A stretch of 64,000 nucleotides of DNA from a virus (lineage: Duplodnaviria > Caudoviricetes). Shown here piece after piece: positions 27,647 through 38,633 of this stretch. The stretch lies in the IMG/VR virus record IMGVR_UViG_3300028888_000007, positions 21,502-85,501 of that record; one strand, 5' to 3'. How positions within the stretch are numbered: the stretch's first letter is position 1; every line of letters begins with the position of its first letter. The position numbers were made by a program, and so were the translations under genes. The notes under the pieces were generated by a model. That model searched no databases. It worked only from the letters and a program-made list of their open reading frames with translations, and was not told where the DNA came from.

Positions 27647-29768
27647 TCAAAAATTAATATCACATCAGGTTTTCGAAACTATACAAGGTGGTATATCAGA
27701 TAACCCAATGAGAAAAGGTACTATCATCTTTGCTAATAAGTTTACTGGAGAACCGGTGGAGATGTCAGAAGAACTTAGGGCTGCTATTAATATGGATGGT
27801 ACCTTTATAGGTAATAATCCTATTAACCAGTTAGAGAAAGCTTTAGCTGGAGTTCCAGGTGGTCCTTGGTTTATAGATGTTAGAAACGAAATACTGTACA
27901 TACATAACAGAGCTTTGGATCAGCCAGCTAGTTATGATTATGTATATGGTTCTGAGAATGGAGAATTACTTAAAGTAAGCTTCAAAACTCAGTATAGAAC
28001 TAAGAATGCTCCTCGTGGAGGTACCATGTCAATAGACCAGTTTAGTAAAACTCTACGAATGCACTCAAGTTCCCAAACATCGGCCTCAGAAATTTCGGGA
28101 GATGAGACCGATAGAACTGCTAAGGATGTACTTATAAGGAGAGCACGTCGGGCTTACTTAGAGGCTAAGGCTAATAATATGTATCCTACTCAACGTAGAG
28201 GTGGTGGAGTTGAAATGACTAATAGTGCTGACTTATCTAATTTCCTATCATATATTAATATAGGTCTTAGGAAAAAAGGTAAGGCATCTTTAGGTAATGA
28301 TATTAACAAGCTCTATGATATGAGCTTGGATAACTTATCTTCTTGGTATGATTCCTATGTTAATTACTTAGCTCAACAAACTCAAGCATCTTTAGATTCT
28401 TATCAACGTTCTGTTTCTGGTTCAGACCTGAGGTATCAACAAAGGTCTAAATCAAATGAGATATATCAATCTCAATCTTACGAACAGTTTAAACCTTTGG
28501 TAGCTAATTTCCTTGATAAGACTTTGGGAGATCGTAGTTCTAGGTATAGACAAGAAGTAGAGCAAGAATTAAAGAGAGCTTTTCAGCAAGGTCCAGAAGC
28601 AGTAAGAGAAGTATTACATAGATATTTCGATAACACTACTTACTCTCAGTATACTCATAGTGGTTTAAATGAGGTACAGAATGTGGATGTAGCTACCTTG
28701 ATGAAAGGTGATGCTAGAATACCTCCGGCAGTAAATGGAAATGGTACAATCTACTTCACTAAATCAGATGGTAGATTTAAACAATCTGGAGAAGAGATAG
28801 GTACTGGTACTATTATGTCTGGAGTGGTTAGATTACTTGAAGCTGCTGGTTACCAGAACGTTACTCTTACTGCTTATGATGTTAAGTGGGGAGATTTACG
28901 TAGGTGGGTAAGTTGTAAACTTAAGGTTAAGTATAGGCAACAGATGAGAAACTACAAAAAAATATCTGGGTATCAGTTCATGTATGATTACTATACTAGG
29001 TACACTGGATCTCCTCAAGGTAGGTATACTCAATATCTACGTAGGCAAGCTTTGGGAGCTAATACCTCTCGTAAGATAACCCAGCAAAGACTTGAGGTTG
29101 AAATGCTTGTAGTAGGTAGACCATCTTTGACTGCTAATGGTAAGGTTAAGATTAGTAATATAGGTAGTCGTTCTGGAGATTATATTATCGAAAGATGTAT
29201 ACATCAGATAACTCCAGGAGAAGGCTATACTTGCTCTTTAACTCTATCCCAAGGTATACACAGTGAACCAGTCGGTACTGTTACTAATGATGTACCTATT
29301 ACAAGTAAACCTAAGGAAAAAGGTGGTGGTTCTGCTGCTGGTGGCGGTAATCGTTCTCGTAGTGATGGTCATGGTGGTACTGTTAGTACTTCTTCTACAG
29401 AGCCAATTGCTATATGGGTTACTCCTGCAGAACGGGCATATTATGAAACCCTACTCACTAGATCAGATGCCGTATCTGCTAAAGAAGAGTTTGTTACTCA
29501 GGTAAAATATTCTAGATACAGAGCTTATGAAAAAGCTAAGGCTGAAGGTAAATCAGATGCTGAAGCTAGGGAAGCTGTAAGAGCTATGAACCAGACAGGT
29601 ATAGTATCTGTAAAAAATAAGCATGTGACTAGTGATAACTTATATCTTAAAGAAAATCTCGAGCCTCATTATCGACTTATACCTCAGAGATATAGGGTAG
29701 CTTATAGGGATGAGGTAAGAGCTATTATTCAAGATAGTGTAAATGGAATTAAAGCAAGGTTAGGTTAA
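27639..29768 (+). CDS. Baseplate hub, C-terminal part with large insertion
   Basis: WFIDVRNEILYIH and VVGRPSL..SGDYIIERCIHQI..GYTCSLTL are gpD-like; ATG 27639 chosen over TTG 27627. Confidence 0.65.
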   Translation: MIDQKLISHQVFETIQGGISDNPMRKGTIIFANKFTGEPVEMSEELRAAINMDGTFIGNNPINQLEKALAGVPGGPWFIDVRNEILYIHNRALDQPASYDYVYGSENGELLKVSFKTQYRTKNAPRGGTMSIDQFSKTLRMHSSSQTSASEISGDETDRTAKDVLIRRARRAYLEAKANNMYPTQRRGGGVEMTNSADLSNFLSYINIGLRKKGKASLGNDINKLYDMSLDNLSSWYDSYVNYLAQQTQASLDSYQRSVSGSDLRYQQRSKSNEIYQSQSYEQFKPLVANFLDKTLGDRSSRYRQEVEQELKRAFQQGPEAVREVLHRYFDNTTYSQYTHSGLNEVQNVDVATLMKGDARIPPAVNGNGTIYFTKSDGRFKQSGEEIGTGTIMSGVVRLLEAAGYQNVTLTAYDVKWGDLRRWVSCKLKVKYRQQMRNYKKISGYQFMYDYYTRYTGSPQGRYTQYLRRQALGANTSRKITQQRLEVEMLVVGRPSLTANGKVKISNIGSRSGDYIIERCIHQITPGEGYTCSLTLSQGIHSEPVGTVTNDVPITSKPKEKGGGSAAGGGNRSRSDGHGGTVSTSSTEPIAIWVTPAERAYYETLLTRSDAVSAKEEFVTQVKYSRYRAYEKAKAEGKSDAEAREAVRAMNQTGIVSVKNKHVTSDNLYLKENLEPHYRLIPQRYRVAYRDEVRAIIQDSVNGIKARLG

Positions 29769-30484
29769 TGAATGATTCTATGATAAGGCTTATCCAGGAG
29801 CAAGGTTTAGAGGCTACTGGTAGGTTCTATTCTATATACACTGGCATTGTAGATGATAATGATGATCCTCTACAAATGCACAGGTTAAAAGTATCTGTAC
29901 CTTCTGTAATGGGAGGTATAACTCAATGGGCTTTTGCTAAAGGCTCTCCTGGAGGTTTTAACTGTGGAGCTAAATTACTTACTCCTGATATTGGAGATTT
30001 GGTATATGTAGAATTTGAGTTTGGTAACCCAGATAAACCACTATGGACCTACAACGGTTGGGGGGAAGATGAGATGCCACAGGAGTTAGCTGATCCCAAT
30101 GTAATGGGAGTAGTTACTCCAAACGGTAACATAATTACTGTTAACGATAAGACAGGAGACCTGTCTATACATCTAAACGGTAACACTTCTATTCAACTGG
30201 ATAGAGATTTCATAGTACAGTCTAAAGATTCTGTTTGTATTGGTGGTGAGAAAGGTACAGCTATTAATAAGGGTGAAAATGGTGGAGTTATTATAATTCA
30301 ACAGCTTACCGATAAGCTTAATAAGTTGCAAAGTGAGTTAGAAAATTTAAGAAATCTATTTAACTCTCACACTCATACTTCTTCATCACCAGGTTCACCT
30401 ACTTCTCCAAATTTACAGCAGGCTACAAGCCCATTTAGTAAGTTTATAAAAGATGATTATGAAGATAAAAAATTTATACATTAA
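29768..30484 (+). CDS. Baseplate central spike (gpV/gp5 OB-fold)
   Basis: DDPLQMHRLKVSVP, PDIGDLVYVEFEFGNPDKP, C-terminal NSHTH metal-binding tip motif. Confidence 0.85.
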   Translation: MNDSMIRLIQEQGLEATGRFYSIYTGIVDDNDDPLQMHRLKVSVPSVMGGITQWAFAKGSPGGFNCGAKLLTPDIGDLVYVEFEFGNPDKPLWTYNGWGEDEMPQELADPNVMGVVTPNGNIITVNDKTGDLSIHLNGNTSIQLDRDFIVQSKDSVCIGGEKGTAINKGENGGVIIIQQLTDKLNKLQSELENLRNLFNSHTHTSSSPGSPTSPNLQQATSPFSKFIKDDYEDKKFIH

Positions 30485-30882
30485 TGGCAAACATTCTAGA
30501 AAAGGTTATAGGTTCTGGAGTATTATTTCCAATTAAACTGGAAACAAATTCTAGTGGGCAAAGTGGATGGTACCCAGTAACCGGTTCAACAGACCTTATA
30601 TTACATAATATAAACTCTGTTATCCAGTACGAATTAGGTTTTCGTATTAGGCAAGAGGATTTTGGAACAAGGCTTTGGGAGTGTATAGAGGAACCTAATA
30701 CTCAGGCCCAAGCTTTCTTAGTATATCAGTTCGTTAGACAGGCTTTAGTCAAGTGGGAGAACCGTATAGTTATTACTGGTACTAAGCTGTTTAGGGAAGG
30801 AACCAAGTTAACAATCCAGATAAACTACAGTATTAAGAATACAAACCAAACTGATACTGTGAGTGCTACATATGAACAATAA
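30484..30882 (+). CDS. Baseplate wedge gp25/gpW-like protein
   Basis: GFRIRQEDFGTRLWECIEEP..WENRI. Confidence 0.88.
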   Translation: MANILEKVIGSGVLFPIKLETNSSGQSGWYPVTGSTDLILHNINSVIQYELGFRIRQEDFGTRLWECIEEPNTQAQAFLVYQFVRQALVKWENRIVITGTKLFREGTKLTIQINYSIKNTNQTDTVSATYEQ

Positions 30883-30893
30883 AAATAAAACCT

Positions 30894-32633
30894 ATGAATA
30901 TTACAAATCCATGGTTGAATCCTTACCAAAGGTCATACCATCAAATTAAACAACAGCTTATTACTGGGTTAACTTCCATTACTGATCGTAACGGTAATCA
31001 ACTCATCACAGATGTATCAGAGGGTAATATCCTTATTATCCTTATTTCTATGTTTGCAGCTATTGCTGAGGTACTACATTACTACATTGATACTAAGGCT
31101 AGAGAATTCTTCCTTAGTACTGCTAGACGTTATACTTCAGTTCAGGCTTTAGGTAACTTAGTAGGTTATTATCCGAAAGCTGCTATAGCTGCTACTGTAG
31201 ATCTGGTATTAACCAGAGGAGATAGAGCTAGTAGTGGTTCTAATACTTCTGGTACTATTGCAGAAGGTTCTACATTTACTCAAGGTGATTTAACTTGGTC
31301 AGTAGTCAATAAGATAGTAATACCACCGTATACAAGTCAAGTAAGGGTTCTAGTTATACAGCATAGATTCTATAACTTAGAAAGTTTAGTAGGTTTATTC
31401 ATACCTTCTGGATCTAACAGTATAACTCTTAGTAGTAGTGATTTACCATCTGGAGAGTTATATGAACACGGCAGTATGGATTTATCTATAGGTAGTGAAC
31501 ACTATACATTAGTAGAAACTTTTGCTTATTCAAGGCCTAATGATAAACATTTTAGAGTTATAGTAGATAATTCTGGAAACCTAGTTATCATTTTTGGTGA
31601 TGGTAAATTCGGAGCTGCTGCTCCAGCAGGTAGTAGTATTACCAGGGCTAGCTGTTATCTTACAAAAGGTACGATTGGTAATGTAGATGCTGGAGCTATT
31701 ACATACACTCTTATGCCAGGTATGGATACCACTAATCCATATCCGGCTACAGGAGGTTCTGATTATGAAGACTTGGAATCTATGAGATCCCGTATACCTC
31801 TTCAGGCAAGGACTCAAGGAGTAGCTATTACCAAAAGAGATTATGAGGATCTGGCTTTGATGGTACCTGGAGTAGGTAAGGCCAAGGTAGAGATGGTATG
31901 TGGTAGAAGAGTATCACTATACATATACCCATCTGATGCTTCAGTAAACAGTGATCTTCAAGCTTCTAATATCCTGAAGCAACAGGTATGGACTAAACTG
32001 AACCAATATCTGCCCATTACTACTATTCTTAAGATTTACTCTCTTGGTACTTCAGATATAGTACTTGATGTAGATATTACTGGTAGAGCTAATTACAAAG
32101 CTCATGATATACTTACTCATATTAGAACTGCTCTGTATACTGCTTATAATTCTCAAACATCTAATATAGGAGGTACAGTAAGAATCTCAGACTTATATGC
32201 TCTTATGGATAATCTACCAAGTATAGATTTCCTAAGGATCAATAAGTTCTATGTAAGACCCTATATTATACCTCTTAACTATGGTATAGGTTTCAGTCCT
32301 CAAGCTTTTAACTTAACAAAGGCTGATCAGTCAGTTACATATATTATAACCATGTTGGCTAGTAATAGAGCTTCTGTAGTTTCTACAGATGGTAGGTTAG
32401 AAGTTAGTTCTATACCTACTACTACCAATACAAGTATTACTGATATGGTACATGGAGTAGCATTTAGTATGACTTTACTTACTGGAGCTCAGGCTGCTAC
32501 TATAGGTAGACCAGGTAATAAGTTTAAGGTAACAGTATCTCAGGTTAACAGTGATTATGTTGATACTGGTTATACTGTACCAATTTTCGCAAGAGATACT
32601 GATTTAACAACTAAAATTACAGAAACGATATGA
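30894..32633 (+). CDS. Baseplate J-like wedge protein
   Basis: FLSTARRYTSV, FGDGKFG, ATGGSDYEDLESMR, AITKRDYEDLA. Confidence 0.88.
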   Translation: MNITNPWLNPYQRSYHQIKQQLITGLTSITDRNGNQLITDVSEGNILIILISMFAAIAEVLHYYIDTKAREFFLSTARRYTSVQALGNLVGYYPKAAIAATVDLVLTRGDRASSGSNTSGTIAEGSTFTQGDLTWSVVNKIVIPPYTSQVRVLVIQHRFYNLESLVGLFIPSGSNSITLSSSDLPSGELYEHGSMDLSIGSEHYTLVETFAYSRPNDKHFRVIVDNSGNLVIIFGDGKFGAAAPAGSSITRASCYLTKGTIGNVDAGAITYTLMPGMDTTNPYPATGGSDYEDLESMRSRIPLQARTQGVAITKRDYEDLALMVPGVGKAKVEMVCGRRVSLYIYPSDASVNSDLQASNILKQQVWTKLNQYLPITTILKIYSLGTSDIVLDVDITGRANYKAHDILTHIRTALYTAYNSQTSNIGGTVRISDLYALMDNLPSIDFLRINKFYVRPYIIPLNYGIGFSPQAFNLTKADQSVTYIITMLASNRASVVSTDGRLEVSSIPTTTNTSITDMVHGVAFSMTLLTGAQAATIGRPGNKFKVTVSQVNSDYVDTGYTVPIFARDTDLTTKITETI

Positions 32634-35600
32634 TAAACCTACGATCTCTTATGGATTTGCTCCCTTATTATTTTAAGGAGCAAGATACATATAAGGTTAA
32701 TGGTAAAGGTTTATTGGAACGATATTTAGATATCTTCGGAGTTTATTTCGATAATCAAGTAGTTAGAGATATAAGTACTTTAGATGATATTATAGATATA
32801 GATAAGACACCAGAGGTATACTTAGGTTACCTCTGGGAGTTCTTAGGTTCTATGCCTTATGCCAATCCAAAAGCTATTGACCCAGATAAATGGAAACAGT
32901 ACTTCAATGGATTTAAAAGTGATTCTACTATTGAATCTTTAAGTAGGCTATGGCTCTATAGAAAAGATTCAGATGGAGATCACTATACTTTGACTCCAGA
33001 TCAGGTAAGATCTTTGGTAAAATATTCTATAGCTTTATTCTCTATCAGGGGTACTAAAAGATTTTTTGAGGTATTACTTAGATTATATGGGTTTGAAGCT
33101 AAGATCAGTAATGGTAGTACTTATCCAAAGATAACTTTAGAAGAAGACGATGATTCTGATTATTGGGGATCTGATGTAGATTACTATGGTACAGATGGTG
33201 ACTATGCTGGATCTATTGATTCATTGTTTGATATTAAGACTGAACCAACTAAGATAGATTCTGAATGGTTAAATCTTGACACTGATACAGTAGATAATCA
33301 TACTAACTGTACCAGGCTTGTAAACGTTAACTTTAGGTTGAAGAGTGATCACGTATATAACGTATCTTCTAATGAGTTTAAACGTTTACAGGATAGGATG
33401 TTTAATCTTATAAACATGTTCTTACCAATAGGAACTAGACCTCATATTATATGGGATAATGTTAATGTTGGTGATGGCTATGAGTCTAAGATTAATCGTT
33501 CCATAGAAGTTTATGTAGATAGAACTCCAATAAATTGGGAATCTTCTGATGATGTGTTTGTACCATCATCTGATTATCCTGGTTGGTATAGGGTATATGA
33601 TAGGTCTAGTCATTATGGAACCCCAGCTAGAAACTTTGACTGGTCCCAGTTAAGGTTCATGGTAAAAATTAAAGATACTGGTGGAACTCCAGCTTTCATC
33701 TCAGATCAACCTAAGAAATTTGTTGTAGCTTTCAATGGTAATGACTTCTCTGATACAGAGTATGAGGATGGTCATATCTTTACTATTAAACCAGGAGGTG
33801 ATAGTAAGTATTATCCTAAATTTAAGGTGAGTGTAATTTGTGAAGAGGACTTTAATCTTACTAACAGTTCACTTAATACTTTCATTATATCTCGTTGGTC
33901 GAAGGAGTATAATTATACTCTTTTCAAACATTATAACCATTCAGTAGATTTGGTAATGAGTCCTACTAATACTTATGTACCATTACTTATACAGTCAGCT
34001 TCAGTTAGGACTTATACTAATGATGCTAACCCAGATGATGATGATTTTGATCCGCAACAGGTAGTAAATCTAACTACAGGAGAATACCTTACTTTATGTG
34101 AGGATGGTACTACACTATCAGATAGGGAAGGTAATGATGTAGATTACTCTCAGTATGAGGACAGATGTATGTATGTTCAACATATATTTGAGCCTGGAGT
34201 ATACGAGTTTGCTATGCTTAATAAGCCAGAGTATAGGTTTACTATTGAGGTGAAGGTTGTAAAAGAAGTTTTGACTTTAACCTTAATAGAGGGTTTAACT
34301 GATAATGTAGTAGATAATGAAAATCCAACTGCAAGTATTAAGTTGAAAGTAACCAGTAATCTAGCCTTCCTTGATCATGAAGATACTCTACTTATTAAAG
34401 AAATAACTAATCCAGTAATAAGGTATTGGAACAATGAAGATGTAATAGTACTTGATGACCCAGGCCATTATCGGTTCTTTGGAGTTAATACTAACAACAA
34501 TGATAATGTAATCACTGATTACATTGATGTAAATGTACTTTCTAATAAGTACAATGCTCATTACTATCTAGAGTTAAAGGATGGAGATAAGTCAGATGAT
34601 GAATCATACATGATCCGTACTCTTATAGATAATAGGCCGGCAGCTGGAGCTACTGTTGCTTGGGGTTTTGATTTTCTTATCACGGTAGATAAATCCATAA
34701 TAGAAGCTCAAGATATACAGGTAGTAGATCCTAATGCCTTTGATTTAGATGTATTATTATATAGAGGAGGTAATCCAAATAGAGGAAATTTCCTTAGTTC
34801 ATATACTGCTACAGTCGAAGTATTAACCGACGATCTTGGTAATCTATTACCTCATTATAAGGTTAAAGGTCAGGTAAGGGTTACTTGGGATGGTACTTAT
34901 ACTATCGGAGAAGCTCCAAACTATAATTTCCCACCAGGGCTTTATTGTGTAGAGCTCCATGATAAAAATCATCTATGGAATGGTAGTCCGTCTTATAGGG
35001 TAGTAGATGCTTATGTTATTCCACAAAAGTTTGATGGTAACTTATACTTTGATGTAGATGTTATCAGTAAAGCTTGGACTTCACCTGCTGGTCAAGCCTA
35101 TAATATAGACCCTTTAACAGGTATGTATACCTGGGGTTGGTATAAAACTAATGATGATTATAAAAATTCTGTTAGGTTGGTAAGGTATGATCCAGCAATA
35201 GGTACTCCTCAGTTTCGTTTAAAGCTTACTAATAATACTATTGGTTATACCAGAGTATATATGTATAAGCTGGTTGATAATGGTGAAGAGTGGGATATAG
35301 ATGCTTCATACCCACATGTATTACCTCCTATGATTAAAGCCGATGGTTCTAACTATGGTATATCTAATCTACATTGGTTAAGTGAAGCTGTACCTAAAGA
35401 TTGGGGATTCCCAGGTGACTTTAATGATGATCCTGAAGTTGGGCCCATAGGTTGGGATTATAGCCAAGGTGATACTGGTATAGATAACTATACTAGTAGA
35501 TGGTTATTTACTGGATCCATATATCAATTAGGAGAACTAATAACTGGTCCCCAGGAACCAGGCAAATATCTATTTTTAATAAACCAATTAACAGTAGACA

Positions 35601-36028
35601 CTAAAGTAATTAATTATGCGTATTTAGAAGTAAAAGAGGAGATTAAATATTCACTTATAGTTGACCCAGGATTAGTAATATTAAAGGGTACTGTAGTTGG
35701 AGTTACTATAAATGTCATAAGTAGTGCTAAATTTACTAAAGAAACCCTTGGAGTTACAGTAGTATTACCAGATGGTGTAGAAATAAAAACCTATAATTAT
35801 TTACCCTATACCTACAATGCACATCAGCTCGGTTCATATTTATTTAAGTTATACAAGTTTGAAAATAATAATTGGACATACTTAGGTTTAAGTGCTCCAT
35901 TTAAAGTAATTTCTGACAGCGGTATATCAAGAGAATACATAGATTGGGAATGGTCTGACCTTTCAGAAAAAGAGGTTATGGTGGTTAGTACTGATGGTGA
36001 TGCTTGGGAAATAAGTATTCAATCTTAA
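32630..36028 (+). CDS. Baseplate wedge (gpI-like) protein with long beta-rich extension
   Basis: N-terminal LLPYYF..YLGYLWEFLG..LFSIRGT; ~800 further beta-rich residues. Confidence 0.7.
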   Translation: MINLRSLMDLLPYYFKEQDTYKVNGKGLLERYLDIFGVYFDNQVVRDISTLDDIIDIDKTPEVYLGYLWEFLGSMPYANPKAIDPDKWKQYFNGFKSDSTIESLSRLWLYRKDSDGDHYTLTPDQVRSLVKYSIALFSIRGTKRFFEVLLRLYGFEAKISNGSTYPKITLEEDDDSDYWGSDVDYYGTDGDYAGSIDSLFDIKTEPTKIDSEWLNLDTDTVDNHTNCTRLVNVNFRLKSDHVYNVSSNEFKRLQDRMFNLINMFLPIGTRPHIIWDNVNVGDGYESKINRSIEVYVDRTPINWESSDDVFVPSSDYPGWYRVYDRSSHYGTPARNFDWSQLRFMVKIKDTGGTPAFISDQPKKFVVAFNGNDFSDTEYEDGHIFTIKPGGDSKYYPKFKVSVICEEDFNLTNSSLNTFIISRWSKEYNYTLFKHYNHSVDLVMSPTNTYVPLLIQSASVRTYTNDANPDDDDFDPQQVVNLTTGEYLTLCEDGTTLSDREGNDVDYSQYEDRCMYVQHIFEPGVYEFAMLNKPEYRFTIEVKVVKEVLTLTLIEGLTDNVVDNENPTASIKLKVTSNLAFLDHEDTLLIKEITNPVIRYWNNEDVIVLDDPGHYRFFGVNTNNNDNVITDYIDVNVLSNKYNAHYYLELKDGDKSDDESYMIRTLIDNRPAAGATVAWGFDFLITVDKSIIEAQDIQVVDPNAFDLDVLLYRGGNPNRGNFLSSYTATVEVLTDDLGNLLPHYKVKGQVRVTWDGTYTIGEAPNYNFPPGLYCVELHDKNHLWNGSPSYRVVDAYVIPQKFDGNLYFDVDVISKAWTSPAGQAYNIDPLTGMYTWGWYKTNDDYKNSVRLVRYDPAIGTPQFRLKLTNNTIGYTRVYMYKLVDNGEEWDIDASYPHVLPPMIKADGSNYGISNLHWLSEAVPKDWGFPGDFNDDPEVGPIGWDYSQGDTGIDNYTSRWLFTGSIYQLGELITGPQEPGKYLFLINQLTVDTKVINYAYLEVKEEIKYSLIVDPGLVILKGTVVGVTINVISSAKFTKETLGVTVVLPDGVEIKTYNYLPYTYNAHQLGSYLFKLYKFENNNWTYLGLSAPFKVISDSGISREYIDWEWSDLSEKEVMVVSTDGDAWEISIQS

Positions 36029-36041
36029 CTTTTATGACTAT

Positions 36042-36545
36042 ATGGACGAAATTAACAACAACACTGCTGTGAAGACAACGGTAATAGGGTTTTTAGCAGA
36101 ATGGCAAGGCTTACTTCATGAGATGAGGTGGATGATAGCTTTAGCCATTATCTTAATTGTAACAGATCTTTGGTTCGGTATCCGTGCTGCTCACTACAGA
36201 GGAGAAAAAGTTCGAAGATCTAGGGCTGGTAGGAGAACCTTTAATAAGGTAGTTGATTACTTATGCTACATCTTTATAGGAGTTACTATTGGTAAAGCTA
36301 TAGCCGAACCTTACGGAGTAGACCCATTCGTTACGGCAATTACTGCTATGGTATTATGCTATGGGTTCGAAATAGATAGTATCTATGGGCATATTCTAGA
36401 ATTACATAATATTAAAATTAAATATTCTATCTGGAAGTTGCTTGCATTTATTCTTACCCTGCGCTTTAAGCAATTTGCATCTGCCATAGAAGATATTAGT
36501 AAACAGTACGAAAATAATAAAAAAGAAGAAGACAATGGCAACTAA
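36042..36545 (+). CDS. Holin
   Basis: Two to three TM helices (WMIALAIILIVTDLWFGI; FNKVVDYLCYIFIG), charged C-terminus. Confidence 0.8.
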   Translation: MDEINNNTAVKTTVIGFLAEWQGLLHEMRWMIALAIILIVTDLWFGIRAAHYRGEKVRRSRAGRRTFNKVVDYLCYIFIGVTIGKAIAEPYGVDPFVTAITAMVLCYGFEIDSIYGHILELHNIKIKYSIWKLLAFILTLRFKQFASAIEDISKQYENNKKEEDNGN

Positions 36546-37881
36546 AACTTATTTCGGCTTTCAAAGCCAATTAAAATCAAAGGAATTAACTGAGGCTATA
36601 GCTTTACAGCATGGCCCAGGTCCTTTATTTGGCTATGCTGGGTTCTCACTATCTGGGCCTACTTTAACTTTAACACCATTACCAGATATTGGTGATCAGG
36701 AGTTAAAAGATTTCAGAGATCATTTTAATAAACTGGTGAACAGTAGGATGGCCTCTAGAAGAGTTATGGTACAGGCTTTCGATGGAGATACTGGTAACTT
36801 TGGTATTATAACTAAGGATGGTTACATCGAAGTAGATAATGCTAATCAGATAAACATTACTTTATCTAATACGCAAAGTATTTACTCTGAGATCATAGTT
36901 ATAGCCAGACATAATTATTCAGAGGATGTAAATATCGAAATGCCAGTAATTTATGAAGCCTATTGGAATCAGTCAAATGTTTCCTTCTTTAGGCTTTATA
37001 AAAAGGCCATTGATTTCAATTACCCTACTCCCATTAATCAGCGTAAGATAGAGGGGTTAGACATTAACCAGGGTCCTCAGGATGATTCACAGCTTTCTTA
37101 TAATTACCTATCTAGTACAGCTTTAGCTGCAACTGGTATAGATCTTAATAACTTAGCTGATTGTACTCTAGTAGGCATTTATGGTACAGGTAATGATGCT
37201 ATGTCTGAGACTGGAGCTCTACAGAAGTTTATTATCTTACCTTATGATAGTAAGTTCCCGATGGAATTAACCTACTCTTGGCCAGATGTTAACTTCAATA
37301 AAGATCTTCTTAGATACTTGTATAAGGTATTCGATGGAATGGGAAGCATGACATTTGTTCAATACCTTAAGAAGATTCTTAGTGAATCAAATGAGGAAAA
37401 GGAGATTGTACCAGTAGCTGTTCCAGTAGGAACTATCGTAATGTGGTATGGTTCTACTTCTACTATCCCTTATGGTTGGGAAATATGCGATGGTACTGCT
37501 TCAGTACATAATCAAGGTATAATGAAGCCTAATCTTATGGGTAGGTTCCCTGTAGGTTTAAGTACTGCTGATTCAGATTATAATAAGCCTGGAACTGTTG
37601 GTGGTAATAATACGGTAACTCTTGAGATTAACAACATACCTAAACACAATCACGTTTATACTGCCGATGATAATAGTCAAGGTAAGTTTGCAAGTGTTGA
37701 AACCGATTTCCCACGAGCTTATACTTCAGAAACCAATGAAGTAGTAACTGGTACTGCTGGTAGCTCAGGTAATCAGGGTGTTGCTAAGGCTTATCTTACT
37801 TCTAATGTTGGTGGTAATAAGCCTATAGATAATCGACCTGCTTATACGGTGGTTACCTTTATTATTAAGACGTTAGAATAA
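36535..37881 (+). CDS. Tail fibre / collar-domain protein
   Basis: PVGTIVMWYG..IPYGWEICDG..PNLMGRFPVG..PKHNH..NRPAYTVVTFIIK collar-domain signature. Confidence 0.85.
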   Translation: MATKTYFGFQSQLKSKELTEAIALQHGPGPLFGYAGFSLSGPTLTLTPLPDIGDQELKDFRDHFNKLVNSRMASRRVMVQAFDGDTGNFGIITKDGYIEVDNANQINITLSNTQSIYSEIIVIARHNYSEDVNIEMPVIYEAYWNQSNVSFFRLYKKAIDFNYPTPINQRKIEGLDINQGPQDDSQLSYNYLSSTALAATGIDLNNLADCTLVGIYGTGNDAMSETGALQKFIILPYDSKFPMELTYSWPDVNFNKDLLRYLYKVFDGMGSMTFVQYLKKILSESNEEKEIVPVAVPVGTIVMWYGSTSTIPYGWEICDGTASVHNQGIMKPNLMGRFPVGLSTADSDYNKPGTVGGNNTVTLEINNIPKHNHVYTADDNSQGKFASVETDFPRAYTSETNEVVTGTAGSSGNQGVAKAYLTSNVGGNKPIDNRPAYTVVTFIIKTLE

Positions 37882-37919
37882 CCTTCCTTGTTTTCCATAA
37901 ATAATTTTAGGTTGTGACG

Positions 37920-37955
37920 GGGGCTCAGTTGTAATGACTGGGTCCCTTTATTTGT
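37920..37955 (+). terminator. Terminator ending the structural operon
   Basis: GGGGCTCAGT-N7-ACTGGGTCCC stem then TTTATTTG, between convergent genes. Confidence 0.7.
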
Positions 37956-38622
37956 GTGCTAATTCTTTTATAGCCCTACGTTCCCAATATTCTACATCAT
38001 GTCTCAAGTCTGATATGTATTGTATAGAAGTCTTAGTTTTTGGAAGGTCGAAGAATTCAGCAAGCATCGAGTTAGTTATACGTATTCTACCATTATCTGT
38101 TTTCTCTAATAAGAAAGCAGTAGGTGTCATTAGACATTCGAATATAAGTATGGCATCAGGAGAAAGGTGCTTGTTCATATAATTATATAAGGTCTTAAGA
38201 AGTTCTTCCTTATATGCTTCATCTTCATCAGTTGTTATATCTTCTTTATTGTTATCATATAACTCATCTAGTGAAGTTAAACTCTGAAAGTACTCAGCTC
38301 TTTCAGAATAAGCTTCCTGTAACAAATGATACTTATAAGTAGATAACCCTCTCAATATGTGGGCTTTTAAGAACTCAACATTTCCTTCGCTTTCTTCATA
38401 GTATCTATTGAATAAAAATAACATCTTATCCCAGAAATAAGAGTTAATCACATCCCTCGATACGTTATATCTACGGCAATCAATTTGCTTAACCAAGTTT
38501 TTGATAACTGGTTTGCAAAGCTTGTATAGTTTGGTAAAGACCTTCTCATCATATTTTTCGAGAGGTTTGATCCTATGCAATTCTGGGCCAATCGTTTTGT
38601 CTAATCGATACTTCATATACAT
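37948..38622 (-). CDS. Putative sigma-like transcription factor
   Basis: The only credible minus-strand gene; region-2-like LYKLCKPVIKNLVKQI..RDVINSYFWDKMLFLFNRY and C-terminal HTH-like NSMLAEFFDL; host-type promoter upstream. Confidence 0.5.
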   Translation of the reverse strand: MYMKYRLDKTIGPELHRIKPLEKYDEKVFTKLYKLCKPVIKNLVKQIDCRRYNVSRDVINSYFWDKMLFLFNRYYEESEGNVEFLKAHILRGLSTYKYHLLQEAYSERAEYFQSLTSLDELYDNNKEDITTDEDEAYKEELLKTLYNYMNKHLSPDAILIFECLMTPTAFLLEKTDNGRIRITNSMLAEFFDLPKTKTSIQYISDLRHDVEYWERRAIKELAHK

Positions 38623-38633
38623 ATTATTTTAAA

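Noticed and set aside
10243-37881. Diversity-generating retroelement or shufflon acting on fibre genes
   Set aside because: No reverse transcriptase, template/variable repeat pair or alternative C-terminal cassettes seen; the TTAGTTGAA match at ~10954 and ~12853 is only 9 nt and probably chance
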